From Planctomycetota bacterium (GTDB taxonomy: Bacteria > Planctomycetota > UBA1135 > GCA-002748355), in NCBI GenBank assembly GCA_011321845.1, contig DROQ01000199.1:2895-66894 (forward strand): a stretch of 64,000 bases of DNA, in the 5' to 3' direction. Position 1 is the stretch's first letter; every line of letters starts with the position of its first letter. The notes under the pieces were generated by a model. The model searched no databases. It was not told where the DNA came from and worked only from the letters and a program-made list of their open reading frames with translations. Below are positions 37,029 to 46,292 of this stretch, in pieces. The translations under genes were made by a program, and so were the position numbers.

Positions 37029-39311
37029 ATGGCTGAGGAACCTATCGTGAGTACGCCCGAACCGTCAAAAAACCCTCCACCCGCTCCTCCTGAAACAGGA
37101 GGGAATGGAGATGGGAGTTGGTTTGCCTTCCTTCTCTCCGCGATCTTCCTCTTTGGGATTTTTGGGGAGATTCTTTACCTCACCAAGGACTGGGCATTTC
37201 GAAAGGACCTGACGGAGGAGCACCTTTACAGCTTGTCGGGTTCCACGAAGCGGGTCCTGTCCAAGTTGAAGGAACCTCTTGTGATCGAGGCCTACTTCAG
37301 CAAAAAGATTCCGGGTTACTTTGTGGAAACCAGGAACAAGATCGAGAACTTCCTCGACGAGTACCGCAAGAGCGCCAAGGGAAAAATCCAGCTCGTCTAC
37401 CTGGACCCCTTGCAGGATGAGAGAACCCGTGAAAAAGCCGATCGGCTTGGGATCCAGGCCAGGAGTGTGCAAACCCTGGGTTCGGATAGTTTGTCTCTTC
37501 AGCAGCTCTACCAAGGATTGCGCCTCCGCTACGGGGGGGATAAGCAGTATGTGATTCCCTTTGTCGTGAGTCCCAACGCCCTGGAAAGTCAGCTCACCCC
37601 CAAGATTCAAGAGCTGGTCCTGGGGAAGAAACCCAAGGTGGCGCTGCTGGTGCGTCCCAAGGCCAACCCCAACCCCTTCATGAGGGAGAAGAACCAGACC
37701 CCTTCCTGGGATTTGGTGGAGAGGGCTCTTGGGGAGCGTTACGAAATCAGCCGGATGGATGTTTCCAAGGGGCAGCTGCTTCCCAAAGACCTGGATGTTC
37801 TGGTTCTCATCGAACCCAAGGATTTGACGGACTGGGAGAAGTTTTGCATCGACCAGCACCTTATGCGTGGTGGGAACTTGATCGTTTTCCAGGAAGCCGC
37901 GGATTACGACATGAGTTCCATGGGGATGTTCCGGAAGATCGATTTCAAGGATGACGCCAACGGCTCCAAGCTCTCCTGGAGAGACCAGCTCGGGAGCTAT
38001 GGGGTGGAGACCAATGGAAAGCTCGTCGCCGAAATGATCCCCAGGTTTTGGGGGCGCTATGTCGAAATCGTCCGGGATCAATGGGGGCAAGGAGCGGCCA
38101 AACTCCATTACTATCCCTTCTGGTTCCGGGTCGAACCTCTGGATTGGAAAAAGTTCGCTCCCCAACTTGTGAAAAAGGGGGAGGACCCTGGGGCCTTGGC
38201 CAAGACCTTGGAGCAGGGCATGGATACCAAGGATCCTGTTCTCAAGGGTTTGGCCCAGATGCAGTTCTTTTGGGCGACTCCGGTTGCTTTGAAAAAACCC
38301 TTGAAGGATGGGATCCAAGGAAAAGTGCTTGTTCGTACCTCCCCTCGGACCCTGACCGAGAGTCCCGCTCCCCTTCTTCCTCCAAGTGATTCCAATCTCA
38401 TCAAGGAAAGAGAGGCTCGGGTCTTGAACGAGCCGATGGAGCAGCAGCCCCTGGTTGTTTCCTTGCGGGGCAAGTTTACCTCCTTCTTTGCGGGCAAGCC
38501 CATCCCTCAACGCCCTGGCCAGGAATCCCAGAAGGACAAAAGTGGGGGACTCCTGCAGGGCCAGGATCCAAGCAAGAAGAAAGATCCGGGAGGGGGAAAA
38601 CAGGAGCCGACCAAGAAACAGGAGGCGACCAAGAAGCAGGATCCAGCCAAGAATCAGGCCTCGGGCGGGAAACAGGGCCCGGGCAAGAAACAGGATCCCG
38701 GCCAGAATCAAGATTCTGCGAAGGCTCCGGGACTTGCGAAAGAGAAAGACGCTTCGAAGAAGCAGAAGAAGCAGGAGACTCCCAAGGGGAAGGAGCCCGC
38801 TAAGCAGCAGGGACCTGCCGGGCCTCCACTCCCGAACCAGGATGGAGAGGGAAAAAAGGCTGAGAAAGAGGAAAAGATCACCAAGCTGGACAAAGCCAAG
38901 AAAGAGGCTCGGATGGTGGTCATCGGAGATGCGAGCCTGATCCGGGACGATTTCATCATGGGAATCGGCCCCGCAAGGACGCCGAGCAGCCGGGAGGGGA
39001 TCGTCTTCTTCTCCAACCTCTTGGATTCCATGGCCCTCGACTTGGACCTCGTGGAGCTTCGCAACCTTCGAAGCGTCGATCGAAAATTGAAGTTCGTCGA
39101 TGACATCTCGGGGAAGATGAGCCTCGAAGAATACAAGACTTTGGTCGCGACCAAGAAAAAGCGTCTGCGTCTATTGAATGTGTTTGGCCCTGTCTTGGGC
39201 CTTTTGCTCGTCGGTTTGGTGATCTGGTTCTTGAGAAGCTCGGAGAAGCGGCGTTTCCTCGCTCTCGTCCAGGACCCAGGCTTTGATGGGAGGATCAAGA
39301 TCGAGTCATGA
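37029..39311 (+). CDS. GldG-like ABC-transporter auxiliary protein with a ~120-aa Lys/Gln/Pro-rich insertion
   Basis: It has an N-terminal TM segment, then LTEEHLYSLSGSTKRVLSKLKEPLVIEAYFS, and a C-terminal TM. It holds the third position of a GldA/F/G-type cluster. Confidence 0.7.
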   Translation: MAEEPIVSTPEPSKNPPPAPPETGGNGDGSWFAFLLSAIFLFGIFGEILYLTKDWAFRKDLTEEHLYSLSGSTKRVLSKLKEPLVIEAYFSKKIPGYFVETRNKIENFLDEYRKSAKGKIQLVYLDPLQDERTREKADRLGIQARSVQTLGSDSLSLQQLYQGLRLRYGGDKQYVIPFVVSPNALESQLTPKIQELVLGKKPKVALLVRPKANPNPFMREKNQTPSWDLVERALGERYEISRMDVSKGQLLPKDLDVLVLIEPKDLTDWEKFCIDQHLMRGGNLIVFQEAADYDMSSMGMFRKIDFKDDANGSKLSWRDQLGSYGVETNGKLVAEMIPRFWGRYVEIVRDQWGQGAAKLHYYPFWFRVEPLDWKKFAPQLVKKGEDPGALAKTLEQGMDTKDPVLKGLAQMQFFWATPVALKKPLKDGIQGKVLVRTSPRTLTESPAPLLPPSDSNLIKEREARVLNEPMEQQPLVVSLRGKFTSFFAGKPIPQRPGQESQKDKSGGLLQGQDPSKKKDPGGGKQEPTKKQEATKKQDPAKNQASGGKQGPGKKQDPGQNQDSAKAPGLAKEKDASKKQKKQETPKGKEPAKQQGPAGPPLPNQDGEGKKAEKEEKITKLDKAKKEARMVVIGDASLIRDDFIMGIGPARTPSSREGIVFFSNLLDSMALDLDLVELRNLRSVDRKLKFVDDISGKMSLEEYKTLVATKKKRLRLLNVFGPVLGLLLVGLVIWFLRSSEKRRFLALVQDPGFDGRIKIES

Positions 39312-40393
39312 AAACCAACGGAATCCTAGCAACTGTTTTTGTTGTCCTGCTTGTCCCGGTCGTTATGAAGTTTTTTGGGGACAAGAAGGTCTACCTCGAC
39401 CTGGATCGAGTCCCCCGCCTTTTCGAGGGCTTTACACCGGAGAATGTGGGGATGGTCCAGATCAGTCGGCCGATTCCCAAAGCGACCCCAGGTCCGGAAG
39501 ACAAGGTGCAGATGGAAACCCTTCAGTTCCAGAAGTCCGAAGGGAAGTGGTTGATCGGTTCCGGATCCTTTCAGGGGCTCCAGGCCAAGGAAACCGAACT
39601 GATGAGCCGGATCTTCGATCCCTTGAAAAAAATCCAAGTCTCTCCAACCTCCGTGATCGTCGAAAAGGCCGATGAGAAGCAACTCAAGGCCTATGGCTTG
39701 GATGTGAATTCCGCTCAGAGGATCGTCTGTATGGATGGTTCCGGTACTTCAGTTTTGGCGGACCTGTTGATTGGGCGTGAAGCGGGGGGCAAGGACCTGG
39801 GCGCACAAGCGACTCAAGGAGTCTATGTCCGGAAAAATGGGCAGAAAGCGATCCTGCTCTACGACGAACCGATCACCTTGGATTTCGACGCCCAGGCTTG
39901 GATGGAAAAAAACGTCTTGGATATCCCCGAAGCCGAGATCGAGTCGATTACTTTGAGGAATATCAAAGGCGAAATCAGCTTCGAGCGGAAGCCGGGTAAG
40001 GGATTTGTTGTGACCAAGGGCAAGCCAAAAGACGCTGGCAACTTGAAACAATTCGAAGTTACCGGATTGATCGGGCGCGCCCGGACCCTTTATGCCGCCG
40101 ATTTCGTCGCAATCAACGATCCGAGCAAATGGGGGGCCTATCAGCTGGATCCTCCACGCATCGAGGTTTTGATGAAAACCAAGGATGGAAGAGACCATGG
40201 GTTCCGGATTGGGAAAAAGGTGGAAGGCAAGCAGGAATACTACGCTGTTGTGCTGAAAGGGCGCATCCTGTTCACCTTGAAGGAGTGGGATGTCACTCCC
40301 CTTGAAAAGGGCCCGGGGAGTTTCTTTGACCCGAAAGCATTGAAAAGTGGCAAGGAAAAGGGTGGAACCACAACGAAACCCCAGAAAAAATAA
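39308..40393 (+). CDS. DUF4340-like protein (usual partner of GldG-type proteins)
   Basis: It has an N-terminal TM anchor and a beta-rich body, and overlaps the gldG-like stop by 4 nt. The family call rests mainly on position and overall character. Confidence 0.55.
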   Translation: MKTNGILATVFVVLLVPVVMKFFGDKKVYLDLDRVPRLFEGFTPENVGMVQISRPIPKATPGPEDKVQMETLQFQKSEGKWLIGSGSFQGLQAKETELMSRIFDPLKKIQVSPTSVIVEKADEKQLKAYGLDVNSAQRIVCMDGSGTSVLADLLIGREAGGKDLGAQATQGVYVRKNGQKAILLYDEPITLDFDAQAWMEKNVLDIPEAEIESITLRNIKGEISFERKPGKGFVVTKGKPKDAGNLKQFEVTGLIGRARTLYAADFVAINDPSKWGAYQLDPPRIEVLMKTKDGRDHGFRIGKKVEGKQEYYAVVLKGRILFTLKEWDVTPLEKGPGSFFDPKALKSGKEKGGTTTKPQKK

Positions 40394-40467
40394 CAAGAAA
40401 AATAGTAAGAATTGCTTTCCCGTAGGACAATCTCCCTCCTCTTTTTTCCCCCAATGGACATCGTTCA

Positions 40468-42141
40468 ATGAATACCAGCTTTCCCCAATGGGTCCGTCCC
40501 ACCATCGCAAGCCTCGCCATGGGGCTTTTCGCCATCTCCTTCGGGACATCAAGATTCCTCCAGGCGCAGGGATCCCAGTCCTCTGCCGCCGGCTCTTCGA
40601 TCAAGGCTTCCGTTGAAACTTCAACTGGGACTTCAACCGGGACTTCTACTGGGAATCCCACTGGAATTCGGCAGGCTTACGAAAAGGCGCTTTCGGTCCT
40701 CCAGGATCTCAAGAAACCGATCCGGGTGGATGGGGTCCTCCTGGATCCCAAGGAAGTGGATCGCCAGACCGTCTACCTGGTCGGGCAGCGGATGATCCGG
40801 AAGAAACTGATCGAGATGTTGGTGGACGATCAGATCGCGCAGCAGATCAAGGAAGGCAAGAAAAAAGCTTCCGACTTCAAGATTCTCGAAGACGAGGTTG
40901 AAGCTTCTATCAAAGAGCAGATGGAAGCCTTCAAAAAGAAAAACCCGAATCGTGACTTCTATGCCGAGTTGGCCAAGGCGGGCATCACCAAAGCGGAATT
41001 CAAGACTCTGACGCGGAGCACAATGCTCTTCGACAAGATCTTCTTTCCGGGGATTCCCAAGGATTGGCCGGATCTGACCAAGGAGGCCATCATCGCTTCG
41101 GGAGGGGCCCAGGGAGAAGCGTTCTTCCAGCGCTTTGAAGAAGCCGTCAAAAAAGGCCAAAAAATGCCTCCCCTCCTCCTGCAGATCTGTCGGCAGTGGG
41201 TTCTCGGGAAGCTCCAGGAGTGGTCGGACATCAAATACGCATCCGACGGTTTGCCGGTCGATCTCTGTCTCTCGGTGAACGGCCGCAAGTGGCGAACCGA
41301 GGATGCTTTGCGAGCTGTCTCTCTCTCGATCAAGCCTGAGGATCGAGCCCGGGCCATGACTGAGATCGTCCTCTCGACAGCTCTCAAGATCCGGTTGAAG
41401 AAGGCTGGGTTCTGGTTGGACGATGCGGCATTCAAAAAAGAGTTCGAGGACTATCGTAAGCCCTACGCGAAATCTCCCTTCAACGTCAAGGTGATGGCTC
41501 TCACCTTCAAAGGCTATCCTTCCTTTGAAGCGTACAAGGCCCGGTGGAGGCTGGAAAAATCCTTCGAGCACATGATCGCCAAGGAGATCAATGATGAAAA
41601 CCTTGCCAAGCATGCGAAGGAATCCGCCATGTTCCTTGGGGATGGAAGGGTGAGCGCGAGCCTGATTCGGATTCCCGCCTTCGACGACGCCAAGGGTACT
41701 TGGAAAGCCGGTGGATTCGCCCTTGCACGTGCAAAGGCTTATGAGTGTATGGATAAACTCAAGTCCGGTGCTTTGGACTTTGCCAAGGCCAAGGAGAAAT
41801 ACTCCTTCTGGCCCGAGGCGCGGACCAATCAGGGAGAGATGAGCAACAAATCCCTCAACGAGTTTCGGCAGGAGCTGCAAGAGACCGAATACAGCGATTT
41901 CATTCAGGGATACGCCATCGCCGAGGAGATCTTCTTCCATGTTCCTTCGGGGGCGATGGCCGGCCCCTTCAAGGGGAGGGACGGGTACTACATTGTCAAG
42001 GTCACCGGCAAGCAGCAGCCAGTGACTCAGGTGAGTATCAGCGACAAGAACATGAGAGACCTCGTGAAGCAGGATTATCTGAGCCATCGCTTCCTTCAAT
42101 GGGCCAACGAGGTGGCCTCCAAGGTGTCCCTCAGCTATTGA
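40468..42141 (+). CDS. Periplasmic PpiC/parvulin-type peptidyl-prolyl isomerase (SurA/PrsA-like chaperone)
   Basis: It has a signal peptide and a long helical chaperone-like body. The C-terminal parvulin-like motif is FHVPSGAMAGPFKGRDGYYIVKVTG. Confidence 0.6.
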   Translation: MNTSFPQWVRPTIASLAMGLFAISFGTSRFLQAQGSQSSAAGSSIKASVETSTGTSTGTSTGNPTGIRQAYEKALSVLQDLKKPIRVDGVLLDPKEVDRQTVYLVGQRMIRKKLIEMLVDDQIAQQIKEGKKKASDFKILEDEVEASIKEQMEAFKKKNPNRDFYAELAKAGITKAEFKTLTRSTMLFDKIFFPGIPKDWPDLTKEAIIASGGAQGEAFFQRFEEAVKKGQKMPPLLLQICRQWVLGKLQEWSDIKYASDGLPVDLCLSVNGRKWRTEDALRAVSLSIKPEDRARAMTEIVLSTALKIRLKKAGFWLDDAAFKKEFEDYRKPYAKSPFNVKVMALTFKGYPSFEAYKARWRLEKSFEHMIAKEINDENLAKHAKESAMFLGDGRVSASLIRIPAFDDAKGTWKAGGFALARAKAYECMDKLKSGALDFAKAKEKYSFWPEARTNQGEMSNKSLNEFRQELQETEYSDFIQGYAIAEEIFFHVPSGAMAGPFKGRDGYYIVKVTGKQQPVTQVSISDKNMRDLVKQDYLSHRFLQWANEVASKVSLSY

Positions 42142-42214
42142 AAAAAAGGTTTGGACTTGATCCCACCGCCCCGAGATTCTTCGGGTCGGAATCGCGCGAA
42201 GGCGATCCCTTTCA

Positions 42215-44041
42215 GTGAAAAAGAACTCCCTCCTACCTCTCCTGAAGCTCTTGGGGGATTTCATCCTCCGTCACAAGGGGATGATCGGGGGAGTCTTGGC
42301 CCTTGGAGTTTTTCAGGCGGCCCTCACCAAGGCTCCCTACCTCTTGGTCAAGGAGGTGGTGGACGCCTTTCTCCCTCCCTCGGCTGCCCAAGGTCCGCCT
42401 AACCATCTCTTCGACAGCCTGATGGTGGCGAAAAAGGACCTGATGGCCTTTTTGCACTTGGATGGTCTGTTGCAACGGGGTGCTACCGGGAATCTGGGCA
42501 GCAGCGCAATTCTCCTGGCCCTCATGGCGATCCTTGGAGGGGCGACGATTTTCTTTTATCGCTATTTCTCCAACCTGGCGGCGTCGATGCTGGTAGTGGA
42601 CCTCCGGAATCGGCTCTGCTCCCATTTGCTGCGTCTCTCCTCCAAATACTTCGGCCTCCAGCGGACGGGGGAAATGATCTCGAGGGTCTCGAACGACACC
42701 AATACGATCCGGCACTCCTTTACCCTTGTTTTTGAAAACGCTGTTCTCGAGCCCCTTTTCCTTCTCTTCAACGCCATCCTCGCATTCTCTGTCTCACCTT
42801 GGATGGGGTGGTTCCTTGTGGTGATGATCCCCGTCTTGGGCCTTCCCATGACCCGGTTTGGTCGAAAGGTTCGGAAGGGTTCGGGTAAATCCTTGCAGGC
42901 CATGGGGCAAGCCACCGATGCAATGTCCCAGATGTTCCTGGGCTTTCGGACGGTCAAGGCCTATCGGCTCGAAGACCGGGAACTCGAGGAGTTCGAGAAG
43001 ATCAACGAGACCTTCTTGCGGCGGACGATGAAGATGGTCCGGGCCAAGGCGGGTTCCCAGGCTTTGTTGTATACGACTTACATGTTGGGCTTTGCGGGGC
43101 TGCTCTACGGTCTCCAGTACCTCCCCAAGATGGATCTTGCGAATATGGGCATCGGGTTGGCCGCCATCGGGACAAGCTACACTCATATCAAAAGAACGGC
43201 TCGGACCTTCAATCTCCTCAAAGAGTCCCAAGGAGCCTTTGATCGACTCCAGGAACTGATGGAGCTAAGAAGCGAAATCGTGGAGAAGGAGGGAGCCAAA
43301 GAATTCCGGACTCTAGAGGACGGAATCGAGTTTCATCAGGTCTCCTTCGCCTATGAGAAGGACCCAGTTCTTCAGGATCTTTCCTTCAGAATCGAGAAGG
43401 GGCAGAAGATCGCCCTCGTCGGACCGAGTGGAGCGGGGAAATCCACGATCCTCAATCTCCTTGGCCGTTTTTATAACCCCGATGGAGGCGAAATCCTTGT
43501 GGATGGGGTTCCCTTGGATGAGATCAAACTCTCTTCCTGGCTCGACCATATTTCCATCGTGGATCAGGCTCCCTTCCTCTTCAACCGGAGCATTCGTGAC
43601 AACATCCTCCTCGGCAAGGAGAACGCGACGGAGGAGGAATGGAGGGAGGCGGCCCGGATGGCTCGGGTGGACGAGTTCGCAGAACAGTTTCCCGACGGTT
43701 ACGAGACGGTGGTGGGGGAGGGAGGGGACGCTCTCTCGGGGGGACAAAAGCAGCGGGTGACGATCGCCCGGGCCATCCTTCGTGACCCGGAACTCCTCCT
43801 TCTGGACGAGGCGACGAGTGCGCTCGATACCGAGAGCGAGAAAATGGTGCAAGAAGCTCTGGATGTCCTGATGCGTGGGCGAACGAGCGTCGTGATCGCT
43901 CACCGGCTCTCCACCATCCGGGCTTCGGACCGGATCCTGGTTCTGGAGAAGGGGCGAATCGTGGAGGAAGGGAGTCACGAGGAGCTTTTGCAGAACAAAA
44001 GCGGTTTGTACCACAAGCTTACTCTCTTGCAGGAGGCCTGA
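42215..44041 (+). CDS. ABC exporter, fused TMD-NBD (MsbA-like lipid/multidrug exporter)
   Basis: A six-TM N-terminal half is followed by Walker A (GPSGAGKST), the signature LSGGQKQR and Walker B (LLLLDEATSALD). It has a GTG start. Confidence 0.85.
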   Translation: MKKNSLLPLLKLLGDFILRHKGMIGGVLALGVFQAALTKAPYLLVKEVVDAFLPPSAAQGPPNHLFDSLMVAKKDLMAFLHLDGLLQRGATGNLGSSAILLALMAILGGATIFFYRYFSNLAASMLVVDLRNRLCSHLLRLSSKYFGLQRTGEMISRVSNDTNTIRHSFTLVFENAVLEPLFLLFNAILAFSVSPWMGWFLVVMIPVLGLPMTRFGRKVRKGSGKSLQAMGQATDAMSQMFLGFRTVKAYRLEDRELEEFEKINETFLRRTMKMVRAKAGSQALLYTTYMLGFAGLLYGLQYLPKMDLANMGIGLAAIGTSYTHIKRTARTFNLLKESQGAFDRLQELMELRSEIVEKEGAKEFRTLEDGIEFHQVSFAYEKDPVLQDLSFRIEKGQKIALVGPSGAGKSTILNLLGRFYNPDGGEILVDGVPLDEIKLSSWLDHISIVDQAPFLFNRSIRDNILLGKENATEEEWREAARMARVDEFAEQFPDGYETVVGEGGDALSGGQKQRVTIARAILRDPELLLLDEATSALDTESEKMVQEALDVLMRGRTSVVIAHRLSTIRASDRILVLEKGRIVEEGSHEELLQNKSGLYHKLTLLQEA

Positions 44042-44129
44042 CGGTCTTTTGGGCTTTGCCGCCCGACTTCAGTTTGGGGCAACGCTTTTCAGGGCTGTTT
44101 CAGGATGGATGGCAAGGTTCGATAGGCTG

Positions 44130-44636
44130 CTAGGCGTCCTTTTCACCGAGGAGGACGATGACCTGGGCCTCGATCGTCTCCGGGCCGCTGCTGGATCCCT
44201 CGAGGGTCTTCCCCTTGAGATTGACCCGGTCGGGGGGGAGGGAGAGGAGTCCGGCAAGCTGCTCACGGATGGCGGATCTGTGAGGTCGGATTTTGGGGCG
44301 GTCGCAGCGGAGGACGGCGTCGAGGGAGAGGGGATGGAGGCCTTTGGTTTCCAGGAGCCGGAGGGCTTCTTCCACAAAGCGGGTCGAGGGAGTGTCCTTC
44401 CATTGTGGGTCGGTGTCGGGGAACAGGGTCCCCAGATCATCCAGACCCGCGGCTCCCAGCAAAGCGTCGCAGAGAGCGTGAAGGAGGACGTCGGCGTCCG
44501 AATGGCCTACAGGGCCCACGGGACTCGCGATGCGAATGCCCCCGAGGATACAGGGCCGCCCGGGGGCGAGGCGGTGGAGATCCCAGCCCAGGCCCACCCG
44601 TGGAATCGAAGAAGGGATCTCCCGGGGGGCGCTCAC
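44130..44636 (-). CDS. ispF: 2-C-methyl-D-erythritol 2,4-cyclodiphosphate synthase
   Basis: RVGLGWDLHRL...GHSDADVLLHALCDALLGAAGLDDLGTLFPDTDPQWK is the IspF signature. Confidence 0.9.
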   Translation of the reverse strand: MSAPREIPSSIPRVGLGWDLHRLAPGRPCILGGIRIASPVGPVGHSDADVLLHALCDALLGAAGLDDLGTLFPDTDPQWKDTPSTRFVEEALRLLETKGLHPLSLDAVLRCDRPKIRPHRSAIREQLAGLLSLPPDRVNLKGKTLEGSSSGPETIEAQVIVLLGEKDA

Positions 44637-45364
44637 GAGGATCGGCCCTCGTGGAGAAGGGGAGCGAGGCAGGGGAGGAGCCTGAGGTCCTCGGGGTAGG
44701 TGACCTTGAGGTTGCTGCTGGGGCAGGGGACGATCTCCAGGGGGACACCCATGGATTCGGCCAACATGGCTTCGTCGGTTCCTTGGATCCCTTGGGTGGC
44801 GGCTTCCCGCAGCATGTCCCCGAAAGTGGCCCTTGCGAAAGCTTGGGGAGTGGCCGCGGCGTAGAGATGTTCCCTTGGAACGGTGGAAAGGACGCGCCGG
44901 TTCTCATCACATGCTTTGAGGGTGTCCCGCACCGGGAACCCGAGCAAGGCCCCGCCGATCTCCCGCGCCCTTTGGATCAGCTGCTTCGTCGGTTCTTGGG
45001 GAAAGAAGGGCCGGGCCGCATCGTGAACAAGAACGACCTCAGGGGGAGTCCAGGACTCTTCGTGCGTTTCCAATGCCTCAAAAGCTTTCCGCGCCGACTC
45101 CTGCCGTGTGGCTCCCCCCAAGATCCCGATTCTCGGGGCCTCCCCTCTCTCTGCAAGGCTGGGCCACCGGGTGTCGAGGGATTCCTGATCCATGGCGACC
45201 AGGCTCCCCAGATGGCCCGGCAACTCCTCCAACCGTCGCAGGCTCCAAGCGAGGAGGGGCTCCCCCTCGAGCTGGATCCAGGGTTTGGGGGTTGTGGAGC
45301 CGAGTCTGCGCCCCTCGCCGGCCGCGAGGATAAGGGCAACGAAGCTTGCTGGCCTTCCATCCAT
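44633..45364 (-). CDS. ispD: 2-C-methyl-D-erythritol 4-phosphate cytidylyltransferase
   Basis: VALILAAGEGRRLG...VLVHDAARPF...TLKA are IspD motifs. The start is set at the Met preceding FVALILAAGEG. It overlaps ispF by 4 nt. Confidence 0.85.
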   Translation of the reverse strand: MDGRPASFVALILAAGEGRRLGSTTPKPWIQLEGEPLLAWSLRRLEELPGHLGSLVAMDQESLDTRWPSLAERGEAPRIGILGGATRQESARKAFEALETHEESWTPPEVVLVHDAARPFFPQEPTKQLIQRAREIGGALLGFPVRDTLKACDENRRVLSTVPREHLYAAATPQAFARATFGDMLREAATQGIQGTDEAMLAESMGVPLEIVPCPSSNLKVTYPEDLRLLPCLAPLLHEGRSS

Positions 45365-45546
45365 GGGCAAGAGGCTAGCCCCTAGGATCCAGGAAATCGA
45401 GCCGACACCTCTCTGGGCGCAGGATCCCCTATGGGATTCTGTCATGGCTCTTAGGATCCAGGAAACAGAGCGGAATCTGCCTGGGGGGGATAGGGTGTCC
45501 CGCAAGGTTGTGGACTAGGATGCTCCTGGGAGGGTAGGCTGTCCCC

Positions 45547-46125
45547 ATGAGGGTCCTCGGAATCGATCCCGGCACGCGCAAAGTTGGTTTTGGTTTTTTG
45601 GACCAGTTGGAGCCTCGCCATCCGAACCAGCGGGCTGGGCGATGCGGCAACCTCGTGAGGCCCTTGTTTTCCGGGGGTAGGAACCTGGCCAGCCCTGTTC
45701 CCGGGGGGGCGGGGATTCTCTCTCTGGGTAGCTCCCAGGTCCCGATCCAAACCCGTCTCCAGATCCTGGCCCGGGGACTGCGGGAGTTGATCCGGGAATG
45801 GAGACCGGATGTCATCGCCGTGGAGGAGGCCTTTTTTGGCAAGAGTGTCCAGGCGGCTCTAAGGATTGGGGAATCCAGGGGGGTCGTCCTCCTGATCGCG
45901 GCCGAGTCCGGGCTCCCTGTGGTCCAGTACTCTCCGGCTGTCATCAAGAAGCGGGTCTCGGGAAACGGCCGTGCCTCCAAGGCTCAGCTCGCCCAAGCCC
46001 TCTCTGCGAGCCTCCCGATCCAGGTAGAGGATCTGGCCGAGGACGCTACCGACGCCCTGGCCATCGCCTTTTGCCACCTTCTGAGTCTTCTTGGAAATTT
46101 GGAGAAAACTCGGGGAGGGGCTTGA
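45547..46125 (+). CDS. ruvC: Crossover junction endodeoxyribonuclease RuvC (with a ~35-aa insertion after the first strands)
   Basis: MRVLGIDPGTRKVGFG, VIAVEEAFFGKSVQAALRIGESRGV, YSPAVIKKRVSGNGRASKAQ and DATDALAIAFCH match RuvC, and the catalytic D/E/D/D positions are present. Confidence 0.85.
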   Translation: MRVLGIDPGTRKVGFGFLDQLEPRHPNQRAGRCGNLVRPLFSGGRNLASPVPGGAGILSLGSSQVPIQTRLQILARGLRELIREWRPDVIAVEEAFFGKSVQAALRIGESRGVVLLIAAESGLPVVQYSPAVIKKRVSGNGRASKAQLAQALSASLPIQVEDLAEDATDALAIAFCHLLSLLGNLEKTRGGA

Positions 46126-46292
46126 AAAGACCTTGATATCGGGGTATCCAGGCAGTCAGGAAAAGTGGGAAATTCCTCTGCGGAGGAAAAATGAGGACTG
46201 TTTTTAGACGGATCGGCCCTGGATGAGCGGGGCCGAAACCTGCGACCTGACCCCGGGTTCCGGCCGGGGAAGGGCGAAAGGGTGTTCCTTAT

